A DNA stretch of 63,298 nucleotides. It comes from Octopus bimaculoides (lineage: Eukaryota). Every line of letters begins with the position of its first letter. Position 1 is the first letter of the stretch. The position numbers and the translations under genes were made by a program. Positions 24,824 to 37,787 of the stretch are shown one piece after another. Location of the stretch: positions 26,747,598 to 26,810,895 of the forward strand of contig NC_068997.1 in assembly GCF_001194135.2 (NCBI RefSeq). The letters run 5' to 3'. The notes below the pieces were generated by a model, which saw only the letters and a list, made by a program, of their open reading frames with translations, did no database searches and had not been told where the DNA came from.

Positions 24824-25719
24824 GTAAGGCAGACTTCTTGAAGAACACGTCTTTAATCCTCCTCATTCTCCTTCTTTTTGTTCTTCTTCATCTTGTTATT
24901 GTTGTTGTTCTTCTTCGTTTTCTTCCTCTTCCTGCTGTTCTTCTTCTTCAGGTCTAGGCCAGCCCTGATGGAACTGGTTATGGTCAAAAGCTTTCCAACT
25001 GTCACTTACATATCTTTTTTTTTTTTTTTTTTTTTTTTTTATAGTATATCTAGGAATACATTATTTACTGTGTCTTTCTCTGTTGTTTATCCCCAAGCCA
25101 GTTGATGAAGGTCAGATGTACTGCTTGAAGAAAATCAACTTTGATCCTTCTTGTTATAATTGTTTAACCCTAGGTCACTTCCTGATGGACTTGGCTTATG
25201 GTCAAAGACATTCCAACTATCCCCAACATATCTTCATTTTTTTTTTATACAATATATCTAGGAGTACATTATCTTCCGTATCCCTCTTTGTTGTTAAACA
25301 TTGGGATAGATGTAATTGACTAACTCCCCTCTTTCTATCAACATTTCCTGTCTTGTGCCTATAGTAGAAAGAATTATTATTATTATTGTTTTGGAGTTGT
25401 GCTTATCTCACAAATCACTTGATCTGAGACAGTCTCTCAAAACTGAAACTATTATATCCTGGAGGAGCCATTCCAACCATTTAATAACACACAAAGCTGT
25501 TAATTTTTGACACACATGATATGTACTCAAACTTCAAAGTGAATTTGACAGCTTTGGTACCTCATGAAATAGATTTAAAATTTAAAGGAATTTTAACAGT
25601 TTTGTATGTTATCAAATGGTTAGAATGGCTCTTCTGTTACATACCTAGTATATATTTTTTTTCTTTTGAAATTAACTCTTATTATTTTACCATTTTTATT
25701 TTATTCTCTCCAATGTTAG

Positions 25720-25817
25720 GTAGCAAAAGCTGCATTCCAAGCCAACAAAGATCCAATGGATTCTGCAATATTTTATCTTGCAATGAAGAAAAAAGGCATT
25801 TTGTGGGGTTTGTTCAG
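25720..25817 (+). CDS. DMXL2: DMXL exon (phase 0-2)
   Basis: caatgttag / AG-gtaaag; VAKAAFQANKDPMDSAIFYLAMKKKGILWGLFR. Confidence 0.95.
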
Positions 25818-26009
25818 GTAAAGAGTTTTCTTCTTTCTCGTTTTTTGTTTTGTTTGTTTTGTCTTAATGGTATATCCATGTCAGCAACATGGCCTATGTT
25901 GTTTTTGATGCTCACTTCGTTTAATAAATTTTCATTAACACTATTATAATTTCTTGAATCTGTGATGCCTTTTTTAACACTGTTGTTGTTATTGTTGTTA
26001 CTGCTACAG

Positions 26010-26175
26010 ATCAGTAAATGACAAAAAGATGAGTGAATTTTTCCACAACAACTTCAACGAAGAACGTTGGCGGAAAGCTGCTTTAAAGAATGCATTTGCA
26101 CTCCTCGGCCGTCAGCGATTTCTTCATGCAGCCGCTTTCTTCCTCCTTGGGAACTCATTGTCTGATGCAGTTGAG
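26010..26175 (+). CDS. DMXL2: DMXL exon (phase 2-0)
   Basis: ctgctacag / GAG-gttggt; NFNEERWRKAALKNAFALLGRQRF...DAVE. Confidence 0.96.
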
Positions 26176-27208
26176 GTTGGTAATAATTAGACCCTCTTAT
26201 GGTTCTGTTCTAAACTTCATCCAATCTACATACCATGTTTGTGTGCATAAAGACATACTTTTATTCCAAAAAAAATGTCTGGAAAATTCACCTTTGGTTC
26301 CAATATACAAAGTTGGATCTATATTATATATGCTTAAATGTACTGCAAGCTTTTTCTCTTGAATATGTGGCTGCTGAAATTGAGATGCATTTAATATGTC
26401 CATGTATTTTTTATGCTGTCAAATACATTAATCATAATTTTTTAAAGAATTTTGAAATAATCTAATAATTTGGTAAAAATAGGGCTCAGGGCTTAAGAAG
26501 TTTGTCTGGTCAGGGTTTACCTGGAGCTAATAAATGTTGACATAATCTTCAGGTAGTGACATGTCCATGACTCTGCAGTTCAGTCTGTTATAGGATTTAC
26601 TTGGGGAAATTTAGTTTTTATCAGATAGTTTTGTTATTTTAGATTTTTAGGACATTTTATCTTTTATCTTTTACTTCCTTCAGTCATTAGACTGCAGCCA
26701 TGCTGGGGCACCACCTTCAATTTTTAGTTGAATGAATCAAGCCCAGTACTTTTCTTTTAAGCCTGGTACTTATTCTATCAATCTCTTTTGCCAACCTGCT
26801 AAGTTACAGGGATGCAAACACACCAACACTGGTTGTCAAGTGGTGGGGGCACAAACACAGAGAAAGATACACACACACACATGCAAACACACACACATAT
26901 ATGACAGGCTTTTTTCAATTTCTGTCTACCAAATCTACTCACAAAGCTTTGGTTGACCCAAGGCTATAGCAGAAGACAAGGTGCCATGCAGTAGGACTGA
27001 ATCTGGAACCATGTGGTTGGGAAGCAAGCTTCTTGCCACACAGCCACACCTGAAACTAATTTCTTAAATTTTTCAGATTTTTTTCTTCTTTTTCCATGCC
27101 TATTTTTTTTTATAATATAGAAAATTAGAGTTTGTTAAATCTCTGTTAATATATTTCAATGATACTGCAGTGCTTACATTTCTGTTTTTTGTCTATTTCA
27201 TTTCAAAG

Positions 27209-28346
27209 GTGTGTCTGGATCGTTTGAAAGATATCCAGCTTGCATTAGTTATTTGCCGCTTATATGACGGTGCTGATGGGCTACCAGAAAGTGCGAAAAA
27301 GATTTTATATACCAAAATACTTGGCTGTAATGAAAATGGTCAAAATTACCTTCCTAGCAAAGCCCACCCTGATCCGTTCCTTCGCAGCATTGTATTATGG
27401 ATGTTGAAAGACCACGAAGGTGCCCTGCAGACCCTTCTCCAAACTGGGGTCGGAGCTGGACATATGCTTGAAGAGCAGGATGACGGAGAGAAATATTTCT
27501 CCAGCCCCAGTGTATTTAACTTCTACAATTATCTCCGAGCCCACCCACTCATCATTCGACAAAATAAAGTTTCCAAAGCTGCCGAAATGCCACTTGTTTC
27601 TCAAAGCACTCACATTGGTATTCGTGACAAGAATGCCACCATTGATGATTGCATCACTCCTGTGGAACGCAGACTGTTTTTCACAACAGCTCATGCGCAT
27701 TTCAAAAACGGTTGCCCACTTCTGGCGCTTGAGGTTCTCTCTAAACTACCTCCACTTGTAGACTATGAAGAAGTTATTGAAATCGAAACTCCAGTTCAGT
27801 ACCAAATTTCCGAAATATTTGACCGCAGGTCATCTTTGAAAACAGCTGTGGCACCAGCAGATCTAAGTCAACCAACACAGTTCCAAGATTCCGCCGAAAG
27901 CTATGATTGGAGTGAACCAGTCCAAACCTTGTCACATCAGCGATCTGTTGACTTCGACTGGGGCATGCCAATCACTTCATTAAACACCGACTTTGATGAG
28001 AAACTTGACCTCATTCTTGATGAGAATTCAGAGAGGTCAGACAATGAATCCGATTGTGCCACAAAAGGCAGCAGCCGCAAAAACTCTGTGCCGGTCAAAG
28101 AAGCTGATGATGATTTGTCTTATGATAAGAAAGTCACTGAAGTCGACATAATGGCACAGCAGTATAAGTTCATTGCCTGCCTGAAGGTGATGATGGAGGA
28201 ATTACGGACGTTAGCAACTGGCTTTGAGGTCGATGGTGGCCAAATGCGCTACCAGTTGTATATTTGGTTGGAGAAGGAGGTGGAATGTCTGCGAGTGTTA
28301 TGCAGCTATGGTGGAGGCAAGTCGAACTCCCAATATTTGATGGATG
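27209..28346 (+). CDS. DMXL2: DMXL exon (1138 nt, phase 0-1)
   Basis: atttcaaag / G-gtaagt; VCLDRLKDIQLALVICRLY...HPDPFLRS...ELRTLATGFEVDGGQMRYQLYIWLEKE. Confidence 0.98.
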
Positions 28347-28650
28347 GTAAGTACGATGATCTTATTTTACCCTCTTTGGTCTTCCCTTACATTATACTTT
28401 AGTTTATCATTAAATTTTACCCAGACTATTGTGTCTTAACTAAAGCTGAAAAAAAATTTAGATTTACTGTTCGATGAATTATACACATTTTCATAAAAAT
28501 AGTACACATAATTTTAGTACATAATAATTTCAAAGTGAAGTGTTCCAAAGCAATATTGTTGCTTTAATTAGTATAGAATTTGTTTTGTGAAACCTGATAT
28601 CTATTATAAAGTCTGCTACTGATTGTGTTCTGTGACTTCTCTTTCTACAG

Positions 28651-29245
28651 GTGATCTTGACATTAGTCAGGATTCAAACAACATTGGCGAGGAAGCAATT
28701 GGCAGTATTAGGAGAGACTCTCGTCCATCTTTGCACCAAATCATCCATGCAGAAAAGATGAATTTCGAAGCAAAACTATCAAGGGCTGCTCGTCGGAAAC
28801 AGTGGCTGAAGGTCAATCAACAACTTTTACGCACTCTTCTTAGCTACTGCATTCTACAAGGTTCTGGAACTGGCGGTTTAGCATCAGTTCAGATGGAGTT
28901 GCTTCTTCTGCTGCAAGAACTGCAACAGGAACGCACCCAGCAACAGCTGCTCTCACCGTTGCCATTCCCGACAACGCTACCTCTACTTTCTGCCAGTATT
29001 GCCAGTTCAAAGACAGTCATTGCTGATCCAATCCAATATTTGCAAAACCTAACTCAGGATTTGTTGCACTCAATCGTAGAGTTTTCTATGCCACCCAGCC
29101 TCAATTGCCAAACTAATATCGTGTGGATGATGCGCAACCTCAGCGTTGCTCTGTCTTCATCCATTTACCAATGCTTGTGTGACATAGATAATTCCATGAT
29201 TAATCAAAACCAAAGAACAGAGATGGGTCTTGAAGGATTTACTAG
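28651..29245 (+). CDS. DMXL2: DMXL exon (phase 1-2)
   Basis: ttctacag / AG-gtgagt; GGLASVQMELLLLLQE...PLPFPTTLPLLSASIASSKTVIADP. Confidence 0.97.
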
Positions 29246-29310
29246 GTGAGTACAATGATTTAGATTTTATTTGAGAAGTTGTTTTCATTTCTAAAATAAA
29301 CAAAAGTCTA

Positions 29311-29575
29311 TAGGGTGGGGGGCCCCAACCACTGAATCTGGGATCATTTGGTATCAAGTCACACAGAAAGAATATATATTTAAATTTTATTTCTGTATTA
29401 TCAATTGTCACAGTCTGCAAGGTGTTTTTGCATTATATGTGTATTATATATGTAATAATTAAATTATATATTATGCACTTTATTTTTGTTTTGTTATGTG
29501 CACGATGCCCCAATCCATGGAAAAATTGTCTTGCATGAAAACTGTCCATGGTACAAAAATGGTTGGGATCCACTG
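29311..29575. mobile_element. Degenerate hAT-like MITE
   Basis: Ends ...GGCCCCAACC and GGTTGGGATCCACTG resemble CAG(T/G)GGTCCCCAACC-type hAT termini; TSD not clear. Confidence 0.45.
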
Positions 29576-30386
29576 CTTTAGAAGAAAAAACATATAACTG
29601 TTACATCTAGCAGATTATATAGTGGTTACCTTGTTGGTTCATCGAAGTTGTATAAACTGTTGCCAGTCTTACTAAACCCAATCCTTTCATATGATAATGA
29701 GTGCCATCAGAAATGTGCATGGTTAAGAATTTTGCTTTGCAATCATATAGGTCCAGGAGTCAATATGATGCATAGCACTTTCGACAAGTTTTGTTTCTAG
29801 TGTGTTTTTGAGTCAGTCCAAACCTTGGGATTAAATTGGTCAGATAGAAACTATTTGCATGTCTAAGGAATAGATTGCTTTTTTATTATTTTTATTTTTT
29901 TTATTTGTAGGGATGAGGTAAACCTAATCCATCATCCAACTAAATCCTTTCACTGTGAAAATAAATATTTCATGGTTATTCCAGTAATGATGTTAGATAT
30001 ATCTACCAAAAGGTAGAATTGGTAATTTTTTGCTAGTTATATTGCTTTAGTAAACTTGACATATCTCAACAGAAAATGTTTCCTCAAAAAGTAGACTGGT
30101 ATATAAATTGCTTTCTGCAGTTAAGGGAAATGAAATTTTGAGTGAAACATATCTGCCTTCTGCAGTAATAGAATTAATACTATTACTTGTCCCTTGGTTG
30201 CATTTAGAAAACTAAGATTACTGGTCTGAGGGTAACACTTCCTCCACTGATCATACAAGTCCTGGGTGCTGCTCTTTCTAGCAACTTACCAAGTTATAAA
30301 CAAACATTTCTTTAAATGCCCTATCAGAGACAAAATGATAAACTTTATTTTTTCCTTCCTCCCTGCAACCAAACCTTATTTTTCAG

Positions 30387-30455
30387 AGAAGAGACACGAA
30401 AAACTATGCGACGTAATTATAAAATGTCTAGAAGACATTCTGGACAATTCACCAG
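30387..30455 (+). CDS. DMXL2: Candidate alternative cassette exon of DMXL (69 nt, phase 2-2)
   Basis: cttatttttcag / CAG-gtatct; open in the host frame: (R)EETRKTMRRNYKMSRRHSGQFT; not required for frame. Confidence 0.6.
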
Positions 30456-32436
30456 GTATCTCTGTAATACTCGGTTATATCCCTTTTCAGACATATATTG
30501 TTTATACACACACACACACACACTCAGATATATATGTGTTTATATGCATGCATGCATACATATTGTATATTTGTATATATTCCTAAGTATTTTAGAGTGC
30601 AAGTTGGAAATAAAGAAATTATGACGGAAACAAAAATTAACATTTTTATGTCAATATTTTGGCTTAAAAAGCCCTTTTCAAATCAAGATTGGGAGACCCT
30701 CTCATACATACATGCATGGTACTGATGTCATGTAAAATGAACCCACTACACTCTGTAAAAGTGGTTGGCATTAGGAAGGGCATCCAGCTGTAGAAGACAA
30801 GCCAAAGCAGACAATAACAGAATTTAGTGTAGTCCTGTCAAACCATCCAACCCATGCCAGCATGGAAAACAGACATTAAATGATGATGGTGATAGGCTTC
30901 TCTCAGTTTCTATTTGCCAAATTTGCTCACAAAGCTGTAGATGGTCCCTGGACTATAGTAGGACTATAGTAGAGGACACTTGCCCAAGGTGTCATTTCCA
31001 CATAGAAGGGCTGAATCCAAAACTATGTGCTTGAGAAACAAACATAACTATGTAGACACCTGCACCATTCTCAATAATTAATTTATTAAAACACACCATC
31101 AACAACAAAGCTAACTGCCCAATTTAATGCTACCAATCTCTGAATGTCACAACTTATAACTATGCAGAACAGAGCTAAGATCAGTCATTGTTTTATCTTG
31201 ATGTGGGCCTTTTTTGTCAAAATATTGTAAAAAAGAGATAAAAATTATAAATCTTTGTTTGGCCTTTTGTTGTTTTTTTTTACCCTAACTTGCAATGGTG
31301 TGAAGTTGTAATTCACTTTTAACAGCATTCTACAATGCCTGTAATGAACTACAACATATATATATTTGAGTGTGTGTGGGTGTGGGTACACACATACATG
31401 TATGTATGTATATAAATATATCTTTGAGTGTTTTATCCGAAGTGCCTGGATATAGCTTCTCTTTGAACTTGTCACCCAATGGAATATATATATATATATA
31501 TATATACATATATTTATTTATTTATTTATTTGTTTATTTATTTATAAATCCAGTTGTTAATCCAATCACAGCTCATTCATAACATGTACTTCCACTCTAA
31601 CTGTTGCCCTTGATACCTACCTACCTATTGTTTTATTTAAAATGTAGTCCATTTGGCCTATTGTTTTATCCATCCTACTGCTTTTTACTCTTTATATTCA
31701 TAAATCCTATTGCTTAATCAATCCCTTGGACTCAATATTTTACCAGCCATGATACTTGGTAATTTATCAGCAATGGAACTTATGGTTTTATCAGATACAT
31801 TGCTGTGTTATTTATCAAATATCTCTGCTAATGTTTGGATTGTGGTTCTGTCCCAAAATAGCTGTGATTTTCCTTCCAAAGTTAAGTGTTATTTCTTGTC
31901 TAAACACCAGTTGTTATAATCCTCCTTGTAACTTAACCATCATTTCTGTATAAGCCACATCTTATTCTAACATGTCCCAAATCCTGACTCACCACTGATA
32001 AATACCCCCCCCCCCACTTCTATGACCCTGTTTTCTACTTTGTTTTACATTTTCTATTTACTGATTAATTTTACTGGAATTGTAAACATCTTTGTGTTTG
32101 TATTATTGTTGTTATTGTTGTCATTGTTTACCATTTTGGCTTTTAAACCAGCCATATCTGGCCCAAATGTTCTACCTATTTCATGTTCTAATTCGCCAGA
32201 TCTGGCCTCTTACAATATTATTCTAAAACTAAACTTTCCCATTCATTAAAATCTCAAATCTACAAGACAATGCATGATTAATTCAAAACAATATAACTCA
32301 ATAACATTATTTGAAACAGTAACCTGAATACCAAAGGGTTAACTCCAAATCTGCCCTGATCCAGTAGACCATCTTCAATTATTTTTCTCTTTCACAGATA
32401 TAATACCATATATTTTTTGGCATACAAATCAATGCA

Positions 32437-33452
32437 CACCCAGAACCATGCTAATAGCTTAGGAGTGAAATTTAGGATTTCTTGGTTTTTCTGTGAATCA
32501 GTTTTGATAAAACTTTTCCCAGCTGGTCTTGCACACCATGGCAACACCATTGTTGTTTTCATTATTCTGTGTAACATCCTTTCTTTTTTATTTCAAATTC
32601 TTCAGTTTTTTGGTGAACCACACTAATACTTTTTCTCCTCTCGAAGGAGAAAGGGACATGGAAAAGGTCTTAACGATGACCAAAGAAAATGCTAAAGGCA
32701 CCTCTCTTCATGTCATTGCAGAGAAGTTAGGTCATCGTATGGACACAGTTAGACAATTCCTGAAGGACCCTTTGCCAGGGAAGAAGCAATCCAATTGAGG
32801 GACCTCCAAGACTGTGGCAGATAGGGATTTAAGGAATATTCTCTGCAAATTACATGGGAAACCTGGACAAACAAGCAAAGCCATTTTCACTGCCTCTGGA
32901 CACCCTCATGTACCAAAATCCACTAGAAATTGCATCCTCAGGACTATGGCTTCTGTGTGAGAATCCCTTAAACTACCCCATTCACAAGAGTTTGAAGCTT
33001 CAATAGGCCCAAAAGTATATGACATTAGACACGAGTTGTGTTCTGTTCACTGACGGTTGGGTCTATTTTGGTCTATTTTGGAGATGAGCATCACCAACAT
33101 TTATAACGTCAGCAACAGGGTGGAGGAGTCATGTTGTGGGCTGGTTTCATTGGGGAGAGACTTGTTGGCCGAGTCAGGGTGCCTGAATGGGTTAAAGTAA
33201 CTGCAGCTGCTTACTGCAATCTCCTGAAGGAGGTCTAGATGGCTCTTTTCATTCAAAAGCTATTAGCGTGGTTCACCCAAAAACTAAAAAATCTGAAATA
33301 GAAAAGAAAGGACATTATACAGAATAATGAGAACATAACAATGGTGTTGCTGTAGTGTGCAAACCAGCTGGGAAATGTTTTATCAAAATCGATTCACAGA
33401 AACCCAAGAAATCCTCAATTTCACTCCTAATCTATTAGCGTGGTTCTAGGTG
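32437..33452 (+). mobile_element. Internally deleted Tc1-like transposon with 192-bp IR/DR terminal repeats and a decayed transposase
   Basis: TIRs 32437-32628 and 33261-33452, each with GAACCA(C/T)(G/A)CTAATA at both ends; right flank TA; remnants IAEKLGHRMDTVRQFLK, VLFTD and QGGGVMLWAGF with stops and deletions. Confidence 0.9.
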
Positions 33453-33796
33453 TAATATATAGTGTAAATATGTTGCTTAAACATCATTATCTTTCCAAAT
33501 GCCACTTCATTTTTACATGAAATTTTTGATCTTCCCAAGTCAGACACATTTTGGGCTGAAATTTTTAATCTGAAAATTTTCATCTGTATACCAGAAGATA
33601 TGGTATATCTAGGATTATGTCCAATATGTCTTTTTTTTTAAAAAAAAAAAGATTGTTGGGTGTGATTTGAAGATTTTGTTATAGTAGCTGTATTAAAAGG
33701 GTAGGGTGAGGGCAGTGTCACCCATTGATTTGTGTTCACAATCATCAAAGATTTTAATGTCTCAAATAAAAAAAAAATGAACATTGTTATTTTCAG

Positions 33797-33912
33797 TCAT
33801 AACATCTCTTGCCAAGCAAACAATCTGATGTCAGGATTGAACCCCCAACGACGTCGTTTACCCAGTAGTGTATGTGAAGAGGCTGTGAACACTTCACCTT
33901 CTAAGTGGCCAG
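33797..33912 (+). CDS. DMXL2: DMXL exon (phase 2-1)
   Basis: attttcag / G-gtaaac; ...QRRRLPSSVCEEAVNTSPSKWP. Confidence 0.92.
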
Positions 33913-34066
33913 GTAAACACAATCTTTTTCACTTTACAAATCTGATATTGGCCATTCTATTCCATGTCCCTTTTTCATTGATCATCTATGAAGAAATGTG
34001 CTGCCAGGATTTTAAATGTTGGAATTAGCTCCTTAAATTATGTAGGTTGTCAAAATATTTTTAATG

Positions 34067-34378
34067 GTGTTTTAGATATGTAAATGTGTTTATACGTTGA
34101 AGAGTGGTGCTCCTTGTCTAAAGTTTAACACTTTATTAATCTTAATACTAATAGTGTTAGATATGTCAATGTATTCATATAGAGTTGTGTGTCTTGTCTA
34201 AGGTTTAACACCTTATTATTCTTAATACTGATGATGTTAGATATGTTGATGTATTTACATAGTGGTATGTTTTAGGTTTAATACTTTTGTATTCTTTATA
34301 CTAATGGTCTTAGCTATCTCAGTGTATTCATACAGAGTGGTGTGTCTTGCCTAAGATTTAACATTTTAGTATTCTTAA
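34067..34378. repeat. Degenerate tandem repeat, about 75-80-bp unit x4
   Basis: Recurring TGTTAGATATGT..TGTATT..AGAGT.GTGTGTCTTGTCTAAGGTTTAACA. Confidence 0.7.
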
Positions 34379-34655
34379 ATTATTTATGAATAATTATATC
34401 TAGTTCTATATCTAAATTACTTATGAATAAATTATATCTTAGCAATAAATTATAGAAAGTGTGCCTCTGTTGTACATGTAACTTTTTTTTTAAATATTAA
34501 CTGCATGAATAAAAAGAAACACTAAAATATGTAATACCAAAAGTGAAATAATCATTCAAGATTCTCTTTTTTGTTCTAAACTAACAGCAAAAAAGAAAAC
34601 CAGCATCAAAAACTACATTTTCTACTACTTTAAAGAACTATTTCTAATCTTTCAG

Positions 34656-34901
34656 GTGTGACATCTCTACGTGTCCTATTAGTTCGTGAGCGTGATGAGG
34701 AATCTCCAAGGTTAGATGTACTCTTATGTGAATCATTGGTGGCTGTCTACATGTGTCTGCTCATCAATGGCCTAGCTACTTATGATGTCCACCTACTCTA
34801 TAGACTTGTAGCCCACAAGTTGGACAAGCAGACGTGGGCAGCACTGTTTGGAGGAGGTGTTAAGACTGTAATCAAAAGAAATTCTGTTCTTCTCCCCAAA
34901 G
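34656..34901 (+). CDS. DMXL2: DMXL exon (phase 1-1)
   Basis: tctttcag / G-gtaaga; PRLDVLLCESLVAVYMCLL...WAALFGGGVK. Confidence 0.96.
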
Positions 34902-35093
34902 GTAAGAAACCCAATCAATCACCTATTCTCTCCTGCTTCATCAATCATCTGTTTTCAACTTCTTTTATCATCTTTTTTTTCTCTCTTCCTTCCATTTCTA
35001 ATTTCGAATCCTGTCAATGTCAATTGATATATATATTTGATCATTGTTTCTCTGACATGATTTAGCTAAAGTGTCCATCAATTTCCCGTTTAG

Positions 35094-35233
35094 GTCCTGT
35101 GGATGATGCCGCTAAGCATAGAATGAAAGTTCATATGAAGGCAATGGGTTCAGTAAGGAAAGATGAGAGACAAACATACGAAGAAAGATTTGTGCCGCCG
35201 GAACTAAGTATGATCACTTACTTCATGACAAAG
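35094..35233 (+). CDS. DMXL2: DMXL exon (phase 1-0)
   Basis: ccgtttag / AAG-gtaagg; ...TYEERFVPPELSMITYFMTK. Confidence 0.94.
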
Positions 35234-36007
35234 GTAAGGCTTTCTGGCTGCAAACTTTTCTCGTTCTTCATTACAAACACTATTTATATATTTGTATTTT
35301 TTTTATTTATTTCCCACCCAGTCCTTGCTTCCCCAGAATATTGCAGCTCTTCACCCTGACAGAACTGTTGCTACTGAACTTTCAAGAATTAGTCGTAACA
35401 GTTCTGGGATGGATGTGAAGATGTTTTTTTGGGGGGTTTTTTTTGACACAAGAGTTATTCCCCTTGTTTCTTTTAGATTTTTTTTTTTTCAGACATTCAT
35501 CTACTTCTGATGAATTTTAACTTTTTTTATTGAATAATTCACATGATACTCTCAGATTAATCAAACTTATTCAACTCATATTACATACATGTCACCCCAT
35601 ACAATTTGCTTGTCATATTAGATGGCATTTCACATAATTTATTGCATAGAAGTTTGTCCTGTCCATGTCAGCAACTCTATAGAACAGTTTAGTCTATTTC
35701 TACTTCTTTGATATACACCTCTCTCAGACATAGTCATAGCAGCTGTGTCATTAAGAAGTTGGCTTCCCAACCACATGGTTTTGGGTTCAGTCCTACTGTG
35801 CATCACCTTGAACTAGTACTTTCTTCTATAATAACCTTAGGCCAACCAAAACCTTGAGTGGATTTGGTAGACAGAAATTGTATGAAACTGTTGTGTATGT
35901 CTTTCTGTGTGTTTCTGTCTTTGTATGTCTGTATGTATGTCTGAGACAAAGTAATCTGGTTGTGAAAGGGTTAATAAATACTTTACTTTTCTGTGGTTAT
36001 TCTACAG

Positions 36008-36141
36008 CCATTCCTGTCAACATCCAATTCCATCATCAGCTACGATTCTGATACATCTCTGTCAGACGAAGAAGAGGATGATATTGAGTCTCAAGAAGAA
36101 GAAGATGACAAAATATGGACTTCAGGGAGACCAACAACACT
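36008..36141 (+). CDS. DMXL2: DMXL exon (phase 0-2)
   Basis: ttctacag / CT-gtgagt; PFLSTSNSIISYDSDTSLSDEEEDD... Confidence 0.92.
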
Positions 36142-36190
36142 GTGAGTTTAAGGGGTTTGACCACTGCCAACTGGTCTCTGGTACCCATTC

Positions 36191-36290
36191 AATATCTATG
36201 TGTTTATTTCTATATCAATATCTATGTGTTTATTTCTATATCAATATCTTTCTATATCAATATATTTCAATATCTATGTGTTTATTTTAT
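36191..36290. repeat. Tandem repeat, 26-bp unit AATATCTATGTGTTTATTTCTATATC
   Basis: Two exact and several partial copies. Confidence 0.8.
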
Positions 36291-37787
36291 GTAGATAGAC
36301 ACTAAACTGTAGTTCTTACAACTGATTTGTTTGAGAATTCTTCACTATCTGTGTAGTATATAATCCAGTACCATCTGGTCATATTTGAGTGGCCAGTGAC
36401 TGAATAGACAAAAGCCTAGTAAAGAGTTGAAGGCCAGTAACATCCATATCCTGCGGCAGAGATGGTTGATAGCAGGATTGCCAAGTCCAGTAAGACATTT
36501 GAATGTTAGTTATTTTGTTACATCAATATTTAATTCTATGCTAAGACATTGAGCTGGCTGAATTGTTAGCTTCATGTACAAAATACTTAATAGCATTTTG
36601 TCTGTCTCTACATTCTGTGTTCAAATTTCACAGAGAGGAACCAGTAGATTACATCGACCCTAGTGCTTAACTGGTACTTACCTCATTGACCTCAAAAGGA
36701 TAAAAGGCAAAGTCGACTGAATTTGAACTGAGGTTGACCTATCATTTCATCCTTTCGGGGTTGATAAAATAAGTACCAGTTGAACTCCGAGGTCAATGTA
36801 ATCGACTTACCCCCGCCTCCAAAATTGCTGGACTTGTGCTTAATTCTGTATTGGATTGATCAAGGCCCAGAATCCTCAAAACTGAGTGAAGTGGAGAAAA
36901 TAGGCAAAAAAAATATTGAGATGCTCCAACAGCAAAAATACTATGGTAAAACGCTCAACTCAATTTCACTAAAATAAGAACAATAATAAAACTGAAGTAA
37001 AGAACAAGTAATATATAGTGCAGGGGGGGAAAAAAACAAAAACGCTGTTCTGTTTATCATTATGTGGCATATTTCAACTTATTTNNNNNNNNNNNNNNNN
37101 NNNNNNNNNNNNNNNNNNNNNNNNNNNNNNNNNNNNNNNNNNNNNNNNNNNNNNNNNNNNNNNNNNNNNNNNNNNNNNNNNNNNNNNNNNNNNNNNNNNN
37201 NNNNNNNNNNNNNNNNNNNNNNNNNNNNNNNNNNNNNNNNNNNNNNNNNNNNNNNNNNNNNNNNNNNNNNNNNNNNNNNNNNNNNNNNNNNNNNNNNNNN
37301 NNNNNNNNNNNNNNNNNNNNNNNNNNNNNNNNNNNNNNNNNNNNNNNNNNNNNNNNNNNNNNNNNNNNNNNNNNNNNNNNNNNNNNNNNNNNNNNNNNNN
37401 NNNNNNNNNNNNNNNNNNNNNNNNNNNNNNNNNNNNNNNNNNNNNNNNNNNNNNNNNNNNNNNNNNNNNNNNNNNNNNNNNNNNNNNNNNNNNNNNNNNN
37501 NNNACACACACACACACACACACACATATTTGACGGGCTTCTTTCAGTTTCCATCTCCCGAATCTACTCACAAGGCTTTGGTCGGCCTGAGGCTGTAGTA
37601 GAAGGCACTTGCCCAAGCTGCCACACAGTGGGATTGAACCCAGAACCATGTAGTTGGGAAGTAAGTTTCTCCCCACACAGCCACACCTGATGTTTTTATT
37701 ATTAATATTTTTTTTTTTTTTTTTTTTTTTCTACGATTAAAATATTTATTGAGTTGCCTTTGAAATCGATGTGATTCTGTCTTGCAG

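Noticed and set aside
23515-26154. Codons where A-to-I editing could restore a vertebrate-like residue (AAA at 23515-23517, AAC at 26152-26154)
   Set aside because: Editing cannot be seen in DNA and the comparison relies on remembered orthologue sequence; it needs matched DNA and RNA data.
32398-32626. Strong acceptor reading in frame into the left Tc1 TIR (possible exonisation)
   Set aside because: No credible phase-2 donor before the stop, and the peptide is translated TIR sequence.
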